Positions 47,988 to 57,882 of a stretch of 64,000 nucleotides of DNA are shown one piece after another; the first letter of the stretch is position 1, and each line of letters begins with the position of its first letter. The notes under the pieces were generated by a model that saw only the letters and a program-made list of their open reading frames with translations, made no database searches and was not told the origin of the DNA. The translations under genes were made by a program, and so were the position numbers. Origin of the DNA: an uncultured Nitrospira sp. (lineage in GTDB: Bacteria > Nitrospirota > Nitrospiria > Nitrospirales > Nitrospiraceae); contig CAYULI010000012.1 in assembly GCA_964445795.1 (NCBI GenBank), forward strand, positions 580 through 64,579, written 5' to 3'.

Positions 47988-49006
47988 AACGGCTGCGCGT
48001 GCTTGTCCTCATGCACGAGGACCTCGTCCCGCCCGAACACCTCAACGGGCATGATCTGAAGGTGGTCGAGTGGAAGACGGAATACGACGTCGTCTCGACG
48101 TTGCGGAAGCTGCGGCACGAGGTACGACCGCTCGGCGTGAAGAGCGACCTTGGCGTCATCCGGTCCGCCGTCGAAGAATGGAGACCCCATATCGCCTTCA
48201 ACCTGCTCGAGGAGTTCGACGGCATGGCGGTCTACGATCAAAACGTCGTCTCCTATCTCGAACTGTTGCGCGTTCCGTATACCGGCTGCAATCCGCGCGG
48301 GCTCATGATCGCGCGCGACAAGGCCCTGACGAAAAAGGTCCTGTCCTTCCATCGCATTCCATATCCGGAGTTCATGGTGGCGCCGCAGGCCCGCGCCGTG
48401 AAACGGCCCAAGAGGCTGCCCTTCCCATTGATCGTCAAGTCGATCAGCGAAGAAGCCTCCCTCGGGATTTCACAGGCCTCCATCGTGGAGGACGACGAGA
48501 AGCTGAGGGAGCGCGTCGGGTTTATCCACCACAGTGTCGGCACCGGAGCCTTAATCGAGCGGTATATCGAAGGCCGCGAGTTCTACGTGGGCGTGATCGG
48601 GAACGGACAGTTGCACGTCCTGCCGGTCTGGGAGCTCATCATGGACAAGCTCCCGGAGGACGCGAAGCGGATCGCGACCGAACGGGTCAAGTGGAGCCGC
48701 AAGTATCAGGAGAAGTACGGAATCACGTCGCGGGAGGCGAAAAATCTCCCCGACGGGAAAACCCAAGAGATGCAGCATCTGGCAAAGCGGGTGTACCGTG
48801 CGCTCGGACTCAACGGCTATGCCCGGATCGACATGCGCATGGATGCCGAGGGGCGACTGTACGTACTGGAAGCCAATCCGAATCCGCAGATCGCTCACGG
48901 GGAAGACTTCGCGGACTCTGCAGAAAAAGCCAACTACTCCTACAAAGACCTGCTGCAAGAGCTGCTGCAAATCGGTCTACGGTGGCGACCGGCCAAAGTT
49001 GCATAA
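47984..49006 (+). CDS. ATP-grasp enzyme, D-alanine--D-alanine ligase-like
   Basis: Ddl-like architecture: N-terminal LRVLVLMHEDLVPPE, central FPLIVKSISEEASLGI, C-terminal ARIDMRMDAEGRLYVLEANPNP. Confidence 0.85.
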   Translation: MKRLRVLVLMHEDLVPPEHLNGHDLKVVEWKTEYDVVSTLRKLRHEVRPLGVKSDLGVIRSAVEEWRPHIAFNLLEEFDGMAVYDQNVVSYLELLRVPYTGCNPRGLMIARDKALTKKVLSFHRIPYPEFMVAPQARAVKRPKRLPFPLIVKSISEEASLGISQASIVEDDEKLRERVGFIHHSVGTGALIERYIEGREFYVGVIGNGQLHVLPVWELIMDKLPEDAKRIATERVKWSRKYQEKYGITSREAKNLPDGKTQEMQHLAKRVYRALGLNGYARIDMRMDAEGRLYVLEANPNPQIAHGEDFADSAEKANYSYKDLLQELLQIGLRWRPAKVA

Positions 49007-49127
49007 GCAGACAGCCGCTGTTCCGTCACATCGTCGGGGGAACCCCGAGTGAGCCTCTGCCAGACTCCCATCTCCTGCTTGAGGACGGTCTGGCCGTGTG
49101 ACGTGCTATGGGAAAGGGGAAAGGTGA

Positions 49128-49673
49128 TTACGGGCCCCAGCGCAGCCCGAACATGAGTGTGATGCTCGACTGGTCTTTCTCCGGTAGGGAGGGTTGCAGG
49201 TTGATGTCGTGCAGGTTGACGATGAGTGTGGAAGCCACCGCGATATTCCGGCTGGTCTGATATTCGAGCGACAGCCCGATCGGGAGGTACCAACTGGTAT
49301 CGTTGCGGTCGATTCGTCCCGGCCCGCTCCCCTTGTCCAGGTCTGCATGGATCAGCCCGAAGCCGGCGAAGGGAACCAGGTTGATCCCGTTGTTGAATCG
49401 CAGGTGGAATTTGGCTGCGCCTGCCATGGCGATTTGGGTGAGGTCACCCATCGGGCTGAGCAGGAGCATCGGGCCGAACGAAAAATTCCGGTCCGGGTAG
49501 TAGTCGAGATTCACCCCTAGCGTGAAGACCGTCTCGTTGACCGTTCCGGCGGAGAACCCGATGTCTGTCCCGAAGCCCCAATTCCCTTCAGCCCATGCCG
49601 GCTGAGTCCAGAAGCAGATCGAGAGCACCAACGCCAAGGCGGGCGTCGGGACTCGTCGCACACACCGCCGCAT
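49128..49673 (-). CDS. Outer-membrane beta-barrel protein (OmpW/OprF-N-like small barrel)
   Basis: Signal peptide ending AWA. Alternating hydrophobic beta-strand pattern with aromatic girdle residues. Confidence 0.65.
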   Translation of the reverse strand: MRRCVRRVPTPALALVLSICFWTQPAWAEGNWGFGTDIGFSAGTVNETVFTLGVNLDYYPDRNFSFGPMLLLSPMGDLTQIAMAGAAKFHLRFNNGINLVPFAGFGLIHADLDKGSGPGRIDRNDTSWYLPIGLSLEYQTSRNIAVASTLIVNLHDINLQPSLPEKDQSSITLMFGLRWGP

Positions 49674-49799
49674 CCTCGCCTCCTCCCGGTGAAAAGCGAG
49701 CGGACTCTAGCACAGTGCGATGGAGTGGACAAGCCGCTTGAGGCCGGGCGAGGCGCTGCAGTATCTTTAACCGCCGGCGTCCACAAGAGGTTATACGCC

Positions 49800-50282
49800 A
49801 TGACTCCAGCAGAAGCCGCTCTAGCGTTGTTCGAGGTCATGCCGAAACCGGTCTCCGTCGCGCAGCTCGCGGAATATGGCATCGACGCAACCGAGCTGCA
49901 GGCGCGACAGGTGGCCCGCGAAATTCTGTCGCTCAATCTATATTGGATCCTGGCCGCCATCGATGCGCACATTCCGAAGAAATACCGGCCGGCGATCACC
50001 CAGACGCTATTCGACACGATCAGGTCGCATTGGTGGGAGTCGGGCCAACTCGGGGAGGGCACGTGGGAAGTCTATCTAAAGGAACTCGATGAGCGTCGGG
50101 TTCATTACGCACGTTTGGTCGATGAAGAAGGAATGAGTCACATGGCCGTCAGCGCCGAAGCCGCGTCCATGATCGAGGATCAGGGGATCCTTCCTTCCGA
50201 GGATCGGCAGAAGCTGCTTGTTTTGTTGATCGATTACGCTCCGGCCGCGCAGTACGGTCAGCTGCTCGACATGGTGGGATGA
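49800..50282 (+). CDS. Hypothetical protein
   Basis: ORF with ordinary composition and no recognisable motif. ATG 49800 preferred to GTG 49689. Confidence 0.4.
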   Translation: MTPAEAALALFEVMPKPVSVAQLAEYGIDATELQARQVAREILSLNLYWILAAIDAHIPKKYRPAITQTLFDTIRSHWWESGQLGEGTWEVYLKELDERRVHYARLVDEEGMSHMAVSAEAASMIEDQGILPSEDRQKLLVLLIDYAPAAQYGQLLDMVG

Positions 50283-50284
50283 AA

Positions 50285-50890
50285 CTACAGATACCGGCGA
50301 GAAACAACCTTTCCGTTGCTGTCGAACTCGTAGAGCAACGGCTCGCCGGTTGGGATGTTCAGTTCCAGCACCTGTTCTTTCGACAATTGTTCCAGTTCCA
50401 TCACGAGCGCGCGCAGGCTGTTCCCGTGCGCGACGATCAGAATCGTCTCGCCCTTCAGCAAGGACGGCTTGATCTTCGCCTCATAGTAAGGGAGCACACG
50501 CTCGGCCGTGTCTTTCAAGCTCTCACCGCCCGGGGGCCGGACGTCATAGCTGCGCCGCCAGATCTTGACCTGGTCTTCCCCGTACTTCTTCGCCGTTTCG
50601 GCTTTGTTCAACCCCTGCAACTCGCCGTACATCCGCTCGTTGAGCGCTTTGTCTTTCTCGATCGGAATGTTCGTTTGGCCGATCGCCTCAAGGACCAGGC
50701 GCAGCGTCTCGTTCGCCCGTGTCAGGACAGATGTAAACGCCCGGTCGAATTTGAATCCCCGCAGTTTGTCTCCGGCGTTCTTGGCTTCCTGAATGCCGCG
50801 CGGTGACAGGGGCACATCGACCCAGCCGGTGAAGCGGTTTTCGAGATTCCATTGCGATTCACCATGACGCAGCAGCACAAGACGCCCCAT
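50285..50890 (-). CDS. gpmA: 2,3-bisphosphoglycerate-dependent phosphoglycerate mutase
   Basis: [18 protein letters not shown] and AHGNSLRAL. Confidence 0.9.
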   Translation of the reverse strand: MGRLVLLRHGESQWNLENRFTGWVDVPLSPRGIQEAKNAGDKLRGFKFDRAFTSVLTRANETLRLVLEAIGQTNIPIEKDKALNERMYGELQGLNKAETAKKYGEDQVKIWRRSYDVRPPGGESLKDTAERVLPYYEAKIKPSLLKGETILIVAHGNSLRALVMELEQLSKEQVLELNIPTGEPLLYEFDSNGKVVSRRYL

Positions 50891-50990
50891 CGGGTCCTCC
50901 TCTCGACTGTGGCCCGTTCCGAGTCAGGCCAAGAATACTGGATCGCCGCATCAAGTCAAGCCGTTGCTTTCGAATGGGGCCGGCAGTACC

Positions 50991-51851
50991 ATGCCGGCCA
51001 AATCTACCCACCAAGGACTCGAACGCTGCATGACCGCTCCGCTTCCTGAGACAAACTGGCCAGCGCGTGAAGCCTGGTGGACCGAGATGAGCGAGCGTCT
51101 GCATGTGGCCGACCGAGCGCAGGCATTCTTCAAGGGTGTCCGCGCGGGGCAGCTTCTCGACCGGATCGCTCAGGTCGGCGGGGAGGTGGACTATGTCCTC
51201 TTCGTTCTCATGCGGTATTGGGTGCCGACCGTTCTGCCGCCCCCGGGCCGCGAGCGGGTCACCAAGAACGATCCGGATTACTGGCTCGAGTCGGAGCAGG
51301 TACTCAAAACGGCGGCCGCCCGTCTGCGCGAACTGAAGCCGTTGATCGAGCTTCTGACCACGCCGACTCCGCTGGTCGAATCGCCGGCGGCCAGGAATCT
51401 CGCGCAGTCGCCGGTGGTGGAGCTCGATTTGGCCAACGTCGTCGAAGGCATCGCCGAAGCCGCCGGCAGTTACGGAGGGCCGGACTATACCTCCATCGTG
51501 AAGGCGTTCGATCCGGTTCCCCTCAGGCAATCGCAGCCCTTCAAGCACAATAAGAAACACAGCGCGGAATTGTGGGTGGTGTTTCTCTTACGCGAACATT
51601 TCCGCAGTCTCGGCCTGGGGAAAGACCGGTACTGGCCGTTGGTCGCGCCGTTGTGCACGGCGGCAGGCATTCTGAATCAGAACGGGCAACCTTACAATCC
51701 CGACGAACTTAAATCCTGGTGGCAGAAGAACTGGCCGCGCACCTACACTCAGTTGGAGCAGAAACAGGAATCGCCCGATTCCGGCGGCGCTGCCTATGAG
51801 CAGGACTTTCAATGGTACCGAGCCTGGATCACGTGGCAGAGAGACAGATAG
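50991..51851 (+). CDS. Hypothetical Trp-rich protein
   Basis: Long ORF with normal composition and no recognisable motif. Start uncertain (50964 TTG, 50991 or 51030 ATG). Confidence 0.4.
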   Translation: MPAKSTHQGLERCMTAPLPETNWPAREAWWTEMSERLHVADRAQAFFKGVRAGQLLDRIAQVGGEVDYVLFVLMRYWVPTVLPPPGRERVTKNDPDYWLESEQVLKTAAARLRELKPLIELLTTPTPLVESPAARNLAQSPVVELDLANVVEGIAEAAGSYGGPDYTSIVKAFDPVPLRQSQPFKHNKKHSAELWVVFLLREHFRSLGLGKDRYWPLVAPLCTAAGILNQNGQPYNPDELKSWWQKNWPRTYTQLEQKQESPDSGGAAYEQDFQWYRAWITWQRDR

Positions 51852-51855
51852 TTCG

Positions 51856-52536
51856 TCAGGTTGGATCGTTTCTTGTACTGGTCACCGAAACCGGTTTCGC
51901 CGGTCTGGTCGGCAGCTTGTCGGAATCCGGGGGGCCTTCGGCGATCATCTTCGCCACCGTGGCTAGGAAAATGACGTAGAGTGCGACGCCCACCCAGATG
52001 ACGTAGGGTTGGACCCCGCCCGCTTCCTTCAGCGCTGCGTCCTGGGCCGTGTGATTCAGCCAGCGGGACTTCTTGATCTCCGCAATCTGTTCCTTACAGT
52101 GCCAATAATACAGATAGTTCGCCGTGGCTCCGGCCATGATGCTCCAGACCATGCCGGCGGTGAGATCGCCGGTCAGATAGGTCGAAATCACGGGTCCAAC
52201 GGCGTACACGAAGGCGTGCAGATACATCTTACGATAGAGAAACCAGAGGAATGGGATGAAGAGAAAGGCTGGCCAGTTCCAGCTCAGCGCGAACTTGGGC
52301 TGACCGTTATTAGAGGAGAACTTCTTGAATTGTGCGAGATAGCGATCGGCGTTCGGGCCGATGAATTGTCGCCAGAGCGCCTCGTTGCCCCCCATCGGAG
52401 CGAGGCCGGGAATGTCCGCAACCGTTGCTGTCGCTGTATCCGGCGTGGCGCCAGATGTCGCGAAGGCTGTTCCGCATTGGTGGCAGAAGTTGGCGTCGTC
52501 GAGATTCTCTTGACGGCACTGGCTGCAGAGTTTCAT
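51856..52536 (-). CDS. Zinc-ribbon + DUF2628-like membrane protein
   Basis: MKLCSQCRQEN...FCHQCG double zinc ribbon, then FALSWNWPAFLFIPFLWFLYRKMY, typical of DUF2628 membrane domains. Confidence 0.65.
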   Translation of the reverse strand: MKLCSQCRQENLDDANFCHQCGTAFATSGATPDTATATVADIPGLAPMGGNEALWRQFIGPNADRYLAQFKKFSSNNGQPKFALSWNWPAFLFIPFLWFLYRKMYLHAFVYAVGPVISTYLTGDLTAGMVWSIMAGATANYLYYWHCKEQIAEIKKSRWLNHTAQDAALKEAGGVQPYVIWVGVALYVIFLATVAKMIAEGPPDSDKLPTRPAKPVSVTSTRNDPT

Positions 52537-52733
52537 CGCGGCGCAGCTTACCACAAGTCCGAGGATGAGCTGATAGCGAATGGTGGGTAGTAGACAGCTC
52601 AAGAGCAGAGCATTGATAGCGGAATTCAAGAGGAGGCTGCTTCCGCCAAACAGACACCTGTCACCGCTTCTCTTATTGCTTTCATAGAGTCCCTGTGCTA
52701 ACTTCCCTTAATTTCTGAGGGGATACGCCTGCC

Positions 52734-53951
52734 ATGCCGACTGAAGAACTGAAAGACGCAGCCGCCAAGTATCTGATGCAGACCTATGCCCGCCAGCCGG
52801 TGTCGATTGTACGCGGGCGGGGTGCCAAGGTGTGGGATCTAGAAGGGCGGGAATACCTCGACTTTGTCGGGGGAATCGCTGTCAACGTACTGGGGCACGG
52901 GCATCCGGATCTGGTGCACGCAATTCAACGACAGGCTGCCCAACTGATCCATACATCGAACCTTTACTATACCGAACCGCAAGTGAAACTGGCGCAGGTT
53001 CTGGTGGACCATTCTTTTGCCGACCGGGTCTTCTTCTGCAACAGCGGGGCGGAAGCCAACGAGGCGGCAATCAAGCTAGCCCGTCGCTACGGTCACGAAA
53101 AGTACGGGGCCGAGCGGTTCGAAATCATCACGATGAAGAATTCCTTCCATGGCCGGACGCTGGCGACGATCACGGCGACGGGACAGGAGAAAGTCCAGAA
53201 AGGGTTCGAGCCGCTGGTACCGGGGTTTGCCCATGCACCGTTCAACGATTTCGGCGCGATCGCCGGCATGGTCAGCAGGAAGACGGCCGCGATCATGCTG
53301 GAGCCCGTCCAGGGTGAAGGCGGGGTCTATGTGGCGGACCGGGAATATCTCAAGCATCTGCGTGAACTCTGCACGCAGCAGGACATCCTCTTGATCTTCG
53401 ACGAAGTCCAGACGGGCATGGGCCGAACCGGCACCCTCTTTGCCTACGAACAGTTGGGTATCGAGCCGGATATCATGACCTTGGCGAAGGGTCTCGGAGG
53501 CGGTGTGCCGGTCGGCGCCTGCCTTGCGAAAGAATCCGTCGCCGCCGTGTTCACTCCCGGCACCCATGCCTCGACGTTCGGGGGCAATCCGCTCGCCTGC
53601 GCTGCGGCCCTGACGGTGTGCCGCGCGTTGCTGGAAGGACGGGTGCTGGAGCAGGCCAGGCGCATGGGTGAGTATCTGGCAAAGGGACTGGCCGACTGCA
53701 AGGATCGCCATCGGGTCGTGAGGGACGTGCGCGGCCTCGGTCTGTTGCAGGGGATGGAGGTTGACATCGACGCCAAGGCGGTCGTCGGGGATTGTCTGGC
53801 CCGAGGAGTCCTCGTGAACGCGACGAGCGATCGGGTACTCCGCTTCGTGCCGCCGTTGGTCATCACCCAGCGGGAGATCGATAAATTGACCGAGACGCTG
53901 ACGGCCATTTTCAACCGGCGGGCCGTCGCGGACAAGGACACCCACTACTGA
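52734..53951 (+). CDS. argD: Acetylornithine aminotransferase
   Basis: Class III aminotransferase motifs: FCNSGAEANE, DEVQTGMGRTG and TLAKGLGGG. Confidence 0.9.
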   Translation: MPTEELKDAAAKYLMQTYARQPVSIVRGRGAKVWDLEGREYLDFVGGIAVNVLGHGHPDLVHAIQRQAAQLIHTSNLYYTEPQVKLAQVLVDHSFADRVFFCNSGAEANEAAIKLARRYGHEKYGAERFEIITMKNSFHGRTLATITATGQEKVQKGFEPLVPGFAHAPFNDFGAIAGMVSRKTAAIMLEPVQGEGGVYVADREYLKHLRELCTQQDILLIFDEVQTGMGRTGTLFAYEQLGIEPDIMTLAKGLGGGVPVGACLAKESVAAVFTPGTHASTFGGNPLACAAALTVCRALLEGRVLEQARRMGEYLAKGLADCKDRHRVVRDVRGLGLLQGMEVDIDAKAVVGDCLARGVLVNATSDRVLRFVPPLVITQREIDKLTETLTAIFNRRAVADKDTHY

Positions 53952-54928
53952 TGGCGGGGAACAGCGGACAGCGCGGCCGCTCGGTCGGTCACGCGAAGGA
54001 CCTCCTGGATGTGGCGGCGATGCCGCGCGAGCAAGTCGAAGCGCTGCTCCGATTGGCCACTACGCTGAAAGCAAAGCACCGGCGAGGTCAAGCGCACCAA
54101 CTCCTTCCGGGTAAAACGCTGGGGCTGCTCTTTCAAAAACCGTCTACCCGCACGCGCGTGTCGTTCGAAGCGGGGATGAACCAACTGGGCGGGCATGCGC
54201 TGGTGCTTCCGATGGCGGAGATCCAGTTGTCGCGCGGCGAAACCGTGGCGGACACGGCGCGAGTGCTGTCCCGCTATCTGGACGGGATCGTGATCCGCAC
54301 CTACGATCATGCCAGCGTGGAGGAGTGGGCGCGGGAAGCCACGATGCCGGTGATCAACGGGTTGACGGACCACAGCCATCCCTGTCAGGCGCTGTCCGAC
54401 CTCCTCACGATCCAAGAGTTCAAAGGGCGGCTGAAAGGCCTCAGCATTGCCTACGTCGGCGACGGCAATAACGTCGCCAATTCGCTCATCGAGGCGGCGG
54501 CGAAGATGGGAATGCGGATTGCGGTGGGGGCTCCGGTCGGCTACCAGCCGGATCAACATGTCATCGATCGCGCGCGAGCCGAAGCGGAAACGACCGGCGC
54601 CGTCATCGAGGTCATGGAGAATCCGCAGGTGGCCGTTAAGGAAGCGGATGTGGTGTACACGGATGTCTGGATCAGCATGGGACGCGAACGGGAACAGGCC
54701 CGGCGATTGAAGATCCTGTCGCCCTATCAGTTAAACAGCCGTTTGTTGCAATGGGCCAGGCCGGATGCCATCGTGATGCATTGTCTGCCGGCCCATCGCG
54801 GTGAGGAGATCACGGCGGAGGTCCTCGACGGGCCGCAGTCGGTGGTAATCGATCAGGCCGAAAATCGCCTGCACATGCAGAAGGCGATCTTAGTACAACT
54901 GCTCACGCGCAAGAAAAGTGCTCGATAG
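53951..54928 (+). CDS. argF: Ornithine carbamoyltransferase
   Basis: [17 protein letters not shown] and [10 protein letters not shown]. The start overlaps the argD stop by 1 nt (TGATG). Confidence 0.9.
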   Translation: MAGNSGQRGRSVGHAKDLLDVAAMPREQVEALLRLATTLKAKHRRGQAHQLLPGKTLGLLFQKPSTRTRVSFEAGMNQLGGHALVLPMAEIQLSRGETVADTARVLSRYLDGIVIRTYDHASVEEWAREATMPVINGLTDHSHPCQALSDLLTIQEFKGRLKGLSIAYVGDGNNVANSLIEAAAKMGMRIAVGAPVGYQPDQHVIDRARAEAETTGAVIEVMENPQVAVKEADVVYTDVWISMGREREQARRLKILSPYQLNSRLLQWARPDAIVMHCLPAHRGEEITAEVLDGPQSVVIDQAENRLHMQKAILVQLLTRKKSAR

Positions 54929-54939
54929 AGACGACGACG

Positions 54940-56154
54940 ATGAAAGTGAAACCGATCAAGAAAATTGTGCTGGCCTATTCCGGAGGACTCGACACCTCCG
55001 TCATCTTGAAGTGGCTCCAGGAAACCTACGGGGCCGAAATCGTTGCCTTTTGCGCCGACCTAGGCCAGGGGGAAGACCTGCGGGCCATCAAGGCAAAGGC
55101 GCAGAAGCTCGGTGTGAAGAAGGTCTATGTGGAGGACCTCCGCGAGACGTTCGTCCGGGACTACGTATTCCCGATGCTGCGGGCCAACGCCGTGTACGAA
55201 GGGTGCTATCTGCTGGGCACGTCGATTGCCCGACCCTTGATCGCCCGCCGGCAGGCCGAAATCGCGCTGAAAGAAGGGGCCGATGCGGTGTCGCACGGGG
55301 CGACCGGCAAGGGGAACGACCAGGTCCGGTTCGAATTGACCTATACAGCCCTGGCCCCTCATCTCAAGATCATCGCCCCGTGGCGCGAATGGACAATGCG
55401 GTCGCGGCGCGAGTTGATCGAGTACGCCGAGCGTCACGGTATTCCCGTGACGGCGACGAAAGCCAGGCCCTACAGCATGGATCTCAATTTGTTCCATGTG
55501 AGTTACGAAGGGGGCATCCTCGAGGACCCCTGGGAAGCGCCCCCGGAGGAAATCTTCCAAATGACCGTCTCGCCAGAACGGGCGCCGGACAAGGCACTCG
55601 AAGTCCAAATCGACTACGAAGGCGGCAATCCGGTGGCCGTGGATGGAAAGCGAATGAGCCCCGCTACGCTGCTGGCCCATCTGAACAAGCTCGGCGGGGC
55701 GCACGGCATCGGCCGCGTGGATCTGGTCGAGAACCGCTACGTCGGCATGAAGTCACGCGGGGTGTACGAGACGCCGGGCGGGACGATTCTGCACGTGGCC
55801 CATCGCGGCCTGGAATCCCTGACGATGGATCGGGAAGTCTTGCACCTGAGAGACAGCCTGATCCCGCGGTATGCCGATCTGATCTACAACGGCTATTGGT
55901 TCAGCCCCGAGCGGGAAATGCTGCAGGCGGCGATCGACGAGGCGCAGAAGGACGTGACCGGCACCGCCCGGGTGAAGTTGTACAAGGGTAATTGCGCGCT
56001 GGTCGGGCGGAAATCGAAGCACTCGCTCTATCGTCTCGACATCGCCACATTCGAAGAGGACGACGCCTATAACCAGAAAGATGCCGAGGGTTTTATCCGC
56101 TTGAATGCGTTGCGGTTGAAAATCCGGGCGCAGCGGAAGAAGGTTGCGTCCTGA
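54940..56154 (+). CDS. argG: Argininosuccinate synthase
   Basis: [22 protein letters not shown] and ENR.VG.KSRG.YE. Confidence 0.95.
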   Translation: MKVKPIKKIVLAYSGGLDTSVILKWLQETYGAEIVAFCADLGQGEDLRAIKAKAQKLGVKKVYVEDLRETFVRDYVFPMLRANAVYEGCYLLGTSIARPLIARRQAEIALKEGADAVSHGATGKGNDQVRFELTYTALAPHLKIIAPWREWTMRSRRELIEYAERHGIPVTATKARPYSMDLNLFHVSYEGGILEDPWEAPPEEIFQMTVSPERAPDKALEVQIDYEGGNPVAVDGKRMSPATLLAHLNKLGGAHGIGRVDLVENRYVGMKSRGVYETPGGTILHVAHRGLESLTMDREVLHLRDSLIPRYADLIYNGYWFSPEREMLQAAIDEAQKDVTGTARVKLYKGNCALVGRKSKHSLYRLDIATFEEDDAYNQKDAEGFIRLNALRLKIRAQRKKVAS

Positions 56155-57554
56155 TGGCACAGGGGGTCCGTTCCGGCGGGAAAAAGGCCTGGATCGGCCG
56201 GTTTCGGGAACGCACAGACCGGCTTGTGGAGCGATTCACCCGGTCCGTCGAGGTCGATCGGCGCCTGTATGCCCATGACATCCAGGGGAGCATCGCGCAT
56301 TGCCGAACTCTGGCCAAGGCGGGCGTGCTGAACCGGCGGGAAACGGCGAGGATCATCCGAGGTCTGCAGCTCGTGCAGCACGAACTCCAGCGGGAGCGGT
56401 TCAAGTTCCTGCCCGAGGACGAGGACATCCACATGGCGATCGAACGGCGGCTCACCGAACTCATCGGCCCGCTGGGGGGCAAGCTGCACACAGGCCGAAG
56501 CCGCAACGACCAGGTGTCGCTGGACGTGCGGCTGTATCTGCGCGATCAACTGGCGGCGCTGGTTGGCCGGCTCGCAGCCTGCCAGCGCGCGCTCATCGAG
56601 CAGGCCAAGGCCAATCGCGACGTGCCGATGCCGGGCTACACACACCTGCAGCGGGCGCAGCCGGTGCTGTTCGCCCATCATCTTCTCGCCTATGTCGAAA
56701 TGCTCGAGCGCGACAAGGACCGCTTGCGGGACGCGCGCACACGGCTGAACGTGATGCCGCTGGGTTCGGGCGCTCTGGCCGGAACGAATTACCCGGTGGA
56801 TCGCCGATTCACCGCTACGCTGTTGGGTTTTCCTGCCGTGACCCAGAACAGTCTGGACGCCGTGTCGGACCGGGACTTCGCCGTCGAAGTGGCGGCGGCG
56901 CTTGCCATGGTGATGATGCATTTGTCTCGACTCAGCGAAGAATTGGTCGTCTGGTCGACGCAGGAATTTCATTTCGTCGAGTTGCCGGACGGCTTTTGCA
57001 CGGGCAGCAGCATGATGCCGCAGAAGAAGAATCCGGACGTGCCCGAACTGGTGCGCGGCAAGACCGGCCGGGTCTATGGCCATTTGATGAGTTTGCTGAC
57101 GACGCTGAAGGGATTGCCGTTAAGCTATAATCGTGACCTGCAAGAGGATAAGCCGGCGCTGTTCGATGCGCTCGATACGGTGCACGACTCTGTCGAGGTC
57201 ATGACGGGGTTGATCCGTCGCCTCGCGGTGGACCGGGAAGCGCTGACTCGGTCGGTCAGCGGTGGCGGAATGTTGGCGACGGAGTTGGCGGATTACCTCG
57301 TGACCAAGGGCGTGCCCTTCCGGGAGGCGCACGTCATCACCGGCCGCATCGTCCGGTGGGCGCTGGATCGGGGGATAGAATTGAGCGAGCTTTCCGTCGA
57401 GGACTTGCGGAGGTTTTCACCGAAGTTCGAGCCGTCCGTCCTGGAGCGGCTGACCGTGCGGAGCGCGATCGAGCGAAAGGCCCAGATCGGCGGAACGGCC
57501 TATAAGCAGGTCGATCGCCAGCTCCGGGAGTGGGAGAGGGCGCTGGCCAGATGA
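56154..57554 (+). CDS. argH: Argininosuccinate lyase
   Basis: HTGRSRNDQV and GSSMMPQKKNPD signature. The start overlaps the argG stop by 1 nt (TGATG). Confidence 0.95.
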   Translation: MAQGVRSGGKKAWIGRFRERTDRLVERFTRSVEVDRRLYAHDIQGSIAHCRTLAKAGVLNRRETARIIRGLQLVQHELQRERFKFLPEDEDIHMAIERRLTELIGPLGGKLHTGRSRNDQVSLDVRLYLRDQLAALVGRLAACQRALIEQAKANRDVPMPGYTHLQRAQPVLFAHHLLAYVEMLERDKDRLRDARTRLNVMPLGSGALAGTNYPVDRRFTATLLGFPAVTQNSLDAVSDRDFAVEVAAALAMVMMHLSRLSEELVVWSTQEFHFVELPDGFCTGSSMMPQKKNPDVPELVRGKTGRVYGHLMSLLTTLKGLPLSYNRDLQEDKPALFDALDTVHDSVEVMTGLIRRLAVDREALTRSVSGGGMLATELADYLVTKGVPFREAHVITGRIVRWALDRGIELSELSVEDLRRFSPKFEPSVLERLTVRSAIERKAQIGGTAYKQVDRQLREWERALAR

Positions 57555-57793
57555 GCCGACGAGGAGGGCCGGGCGCTCCGATGCTGTACGTGATAGTGAT
57601 CGCCGTCAGCGGATGTGGCGTTGTCGGGGCGCCGATTCCGCCGGAAAATGTAGGCGTAGCGCCGCTGATCGAGCAACAGAAGAAGCAGCACGCCCAAGAG
57701 GCGGAAAGTGCGCAGCCTGATGCTCCACTCGCCATTGAGCCGAAAGGACAGGACGAGGAATTGCCCCCGGTGAGACCCATCGGGACCAGATAG
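57551..57793 (+). CDS. Small lipoprotein (LppL/LptM-like position upstream of lysA)
   Basis: Lipobox IAVSGC. ATGA overlap with the argH stop. Low-complexity mature part. Confidence 0.5.
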   Translation: MSRRGGPGAPMLYVIVIAVSGCGVVGAPIPPENVGVAPLIEQQKKQHAQEAESAQPDAPLAIEPKGQDEELPPVRPIGTR

Positions 57794-57882
57794 CCGAGTC
57801 GGAAACGGAAACGTGTGCGACGGCCGCGCCGTGTGGGTATCGTCGAACGAGCGGTGCGGCGTCGAGCCAGGAGGGACTTTCT

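Noticed and set aside
48070-49101. 343-aa plus-strand ORF in an alternative frame of the ATP-grasp gene.
   Set aside because: Extremely Arg/Gly/Pro-rich. The ATP-grasp frame has recognisable fold motifs and a translationally coupled start.
54918-55991. 357-aa alternative-frame ORF over argG, and likewise 56300-57130 over argH and 16858-17526 over tyrA.
   Set aside because: These are frame-shifted shadows of strongly conserved genes with an Arg/Gly/Pro bias.
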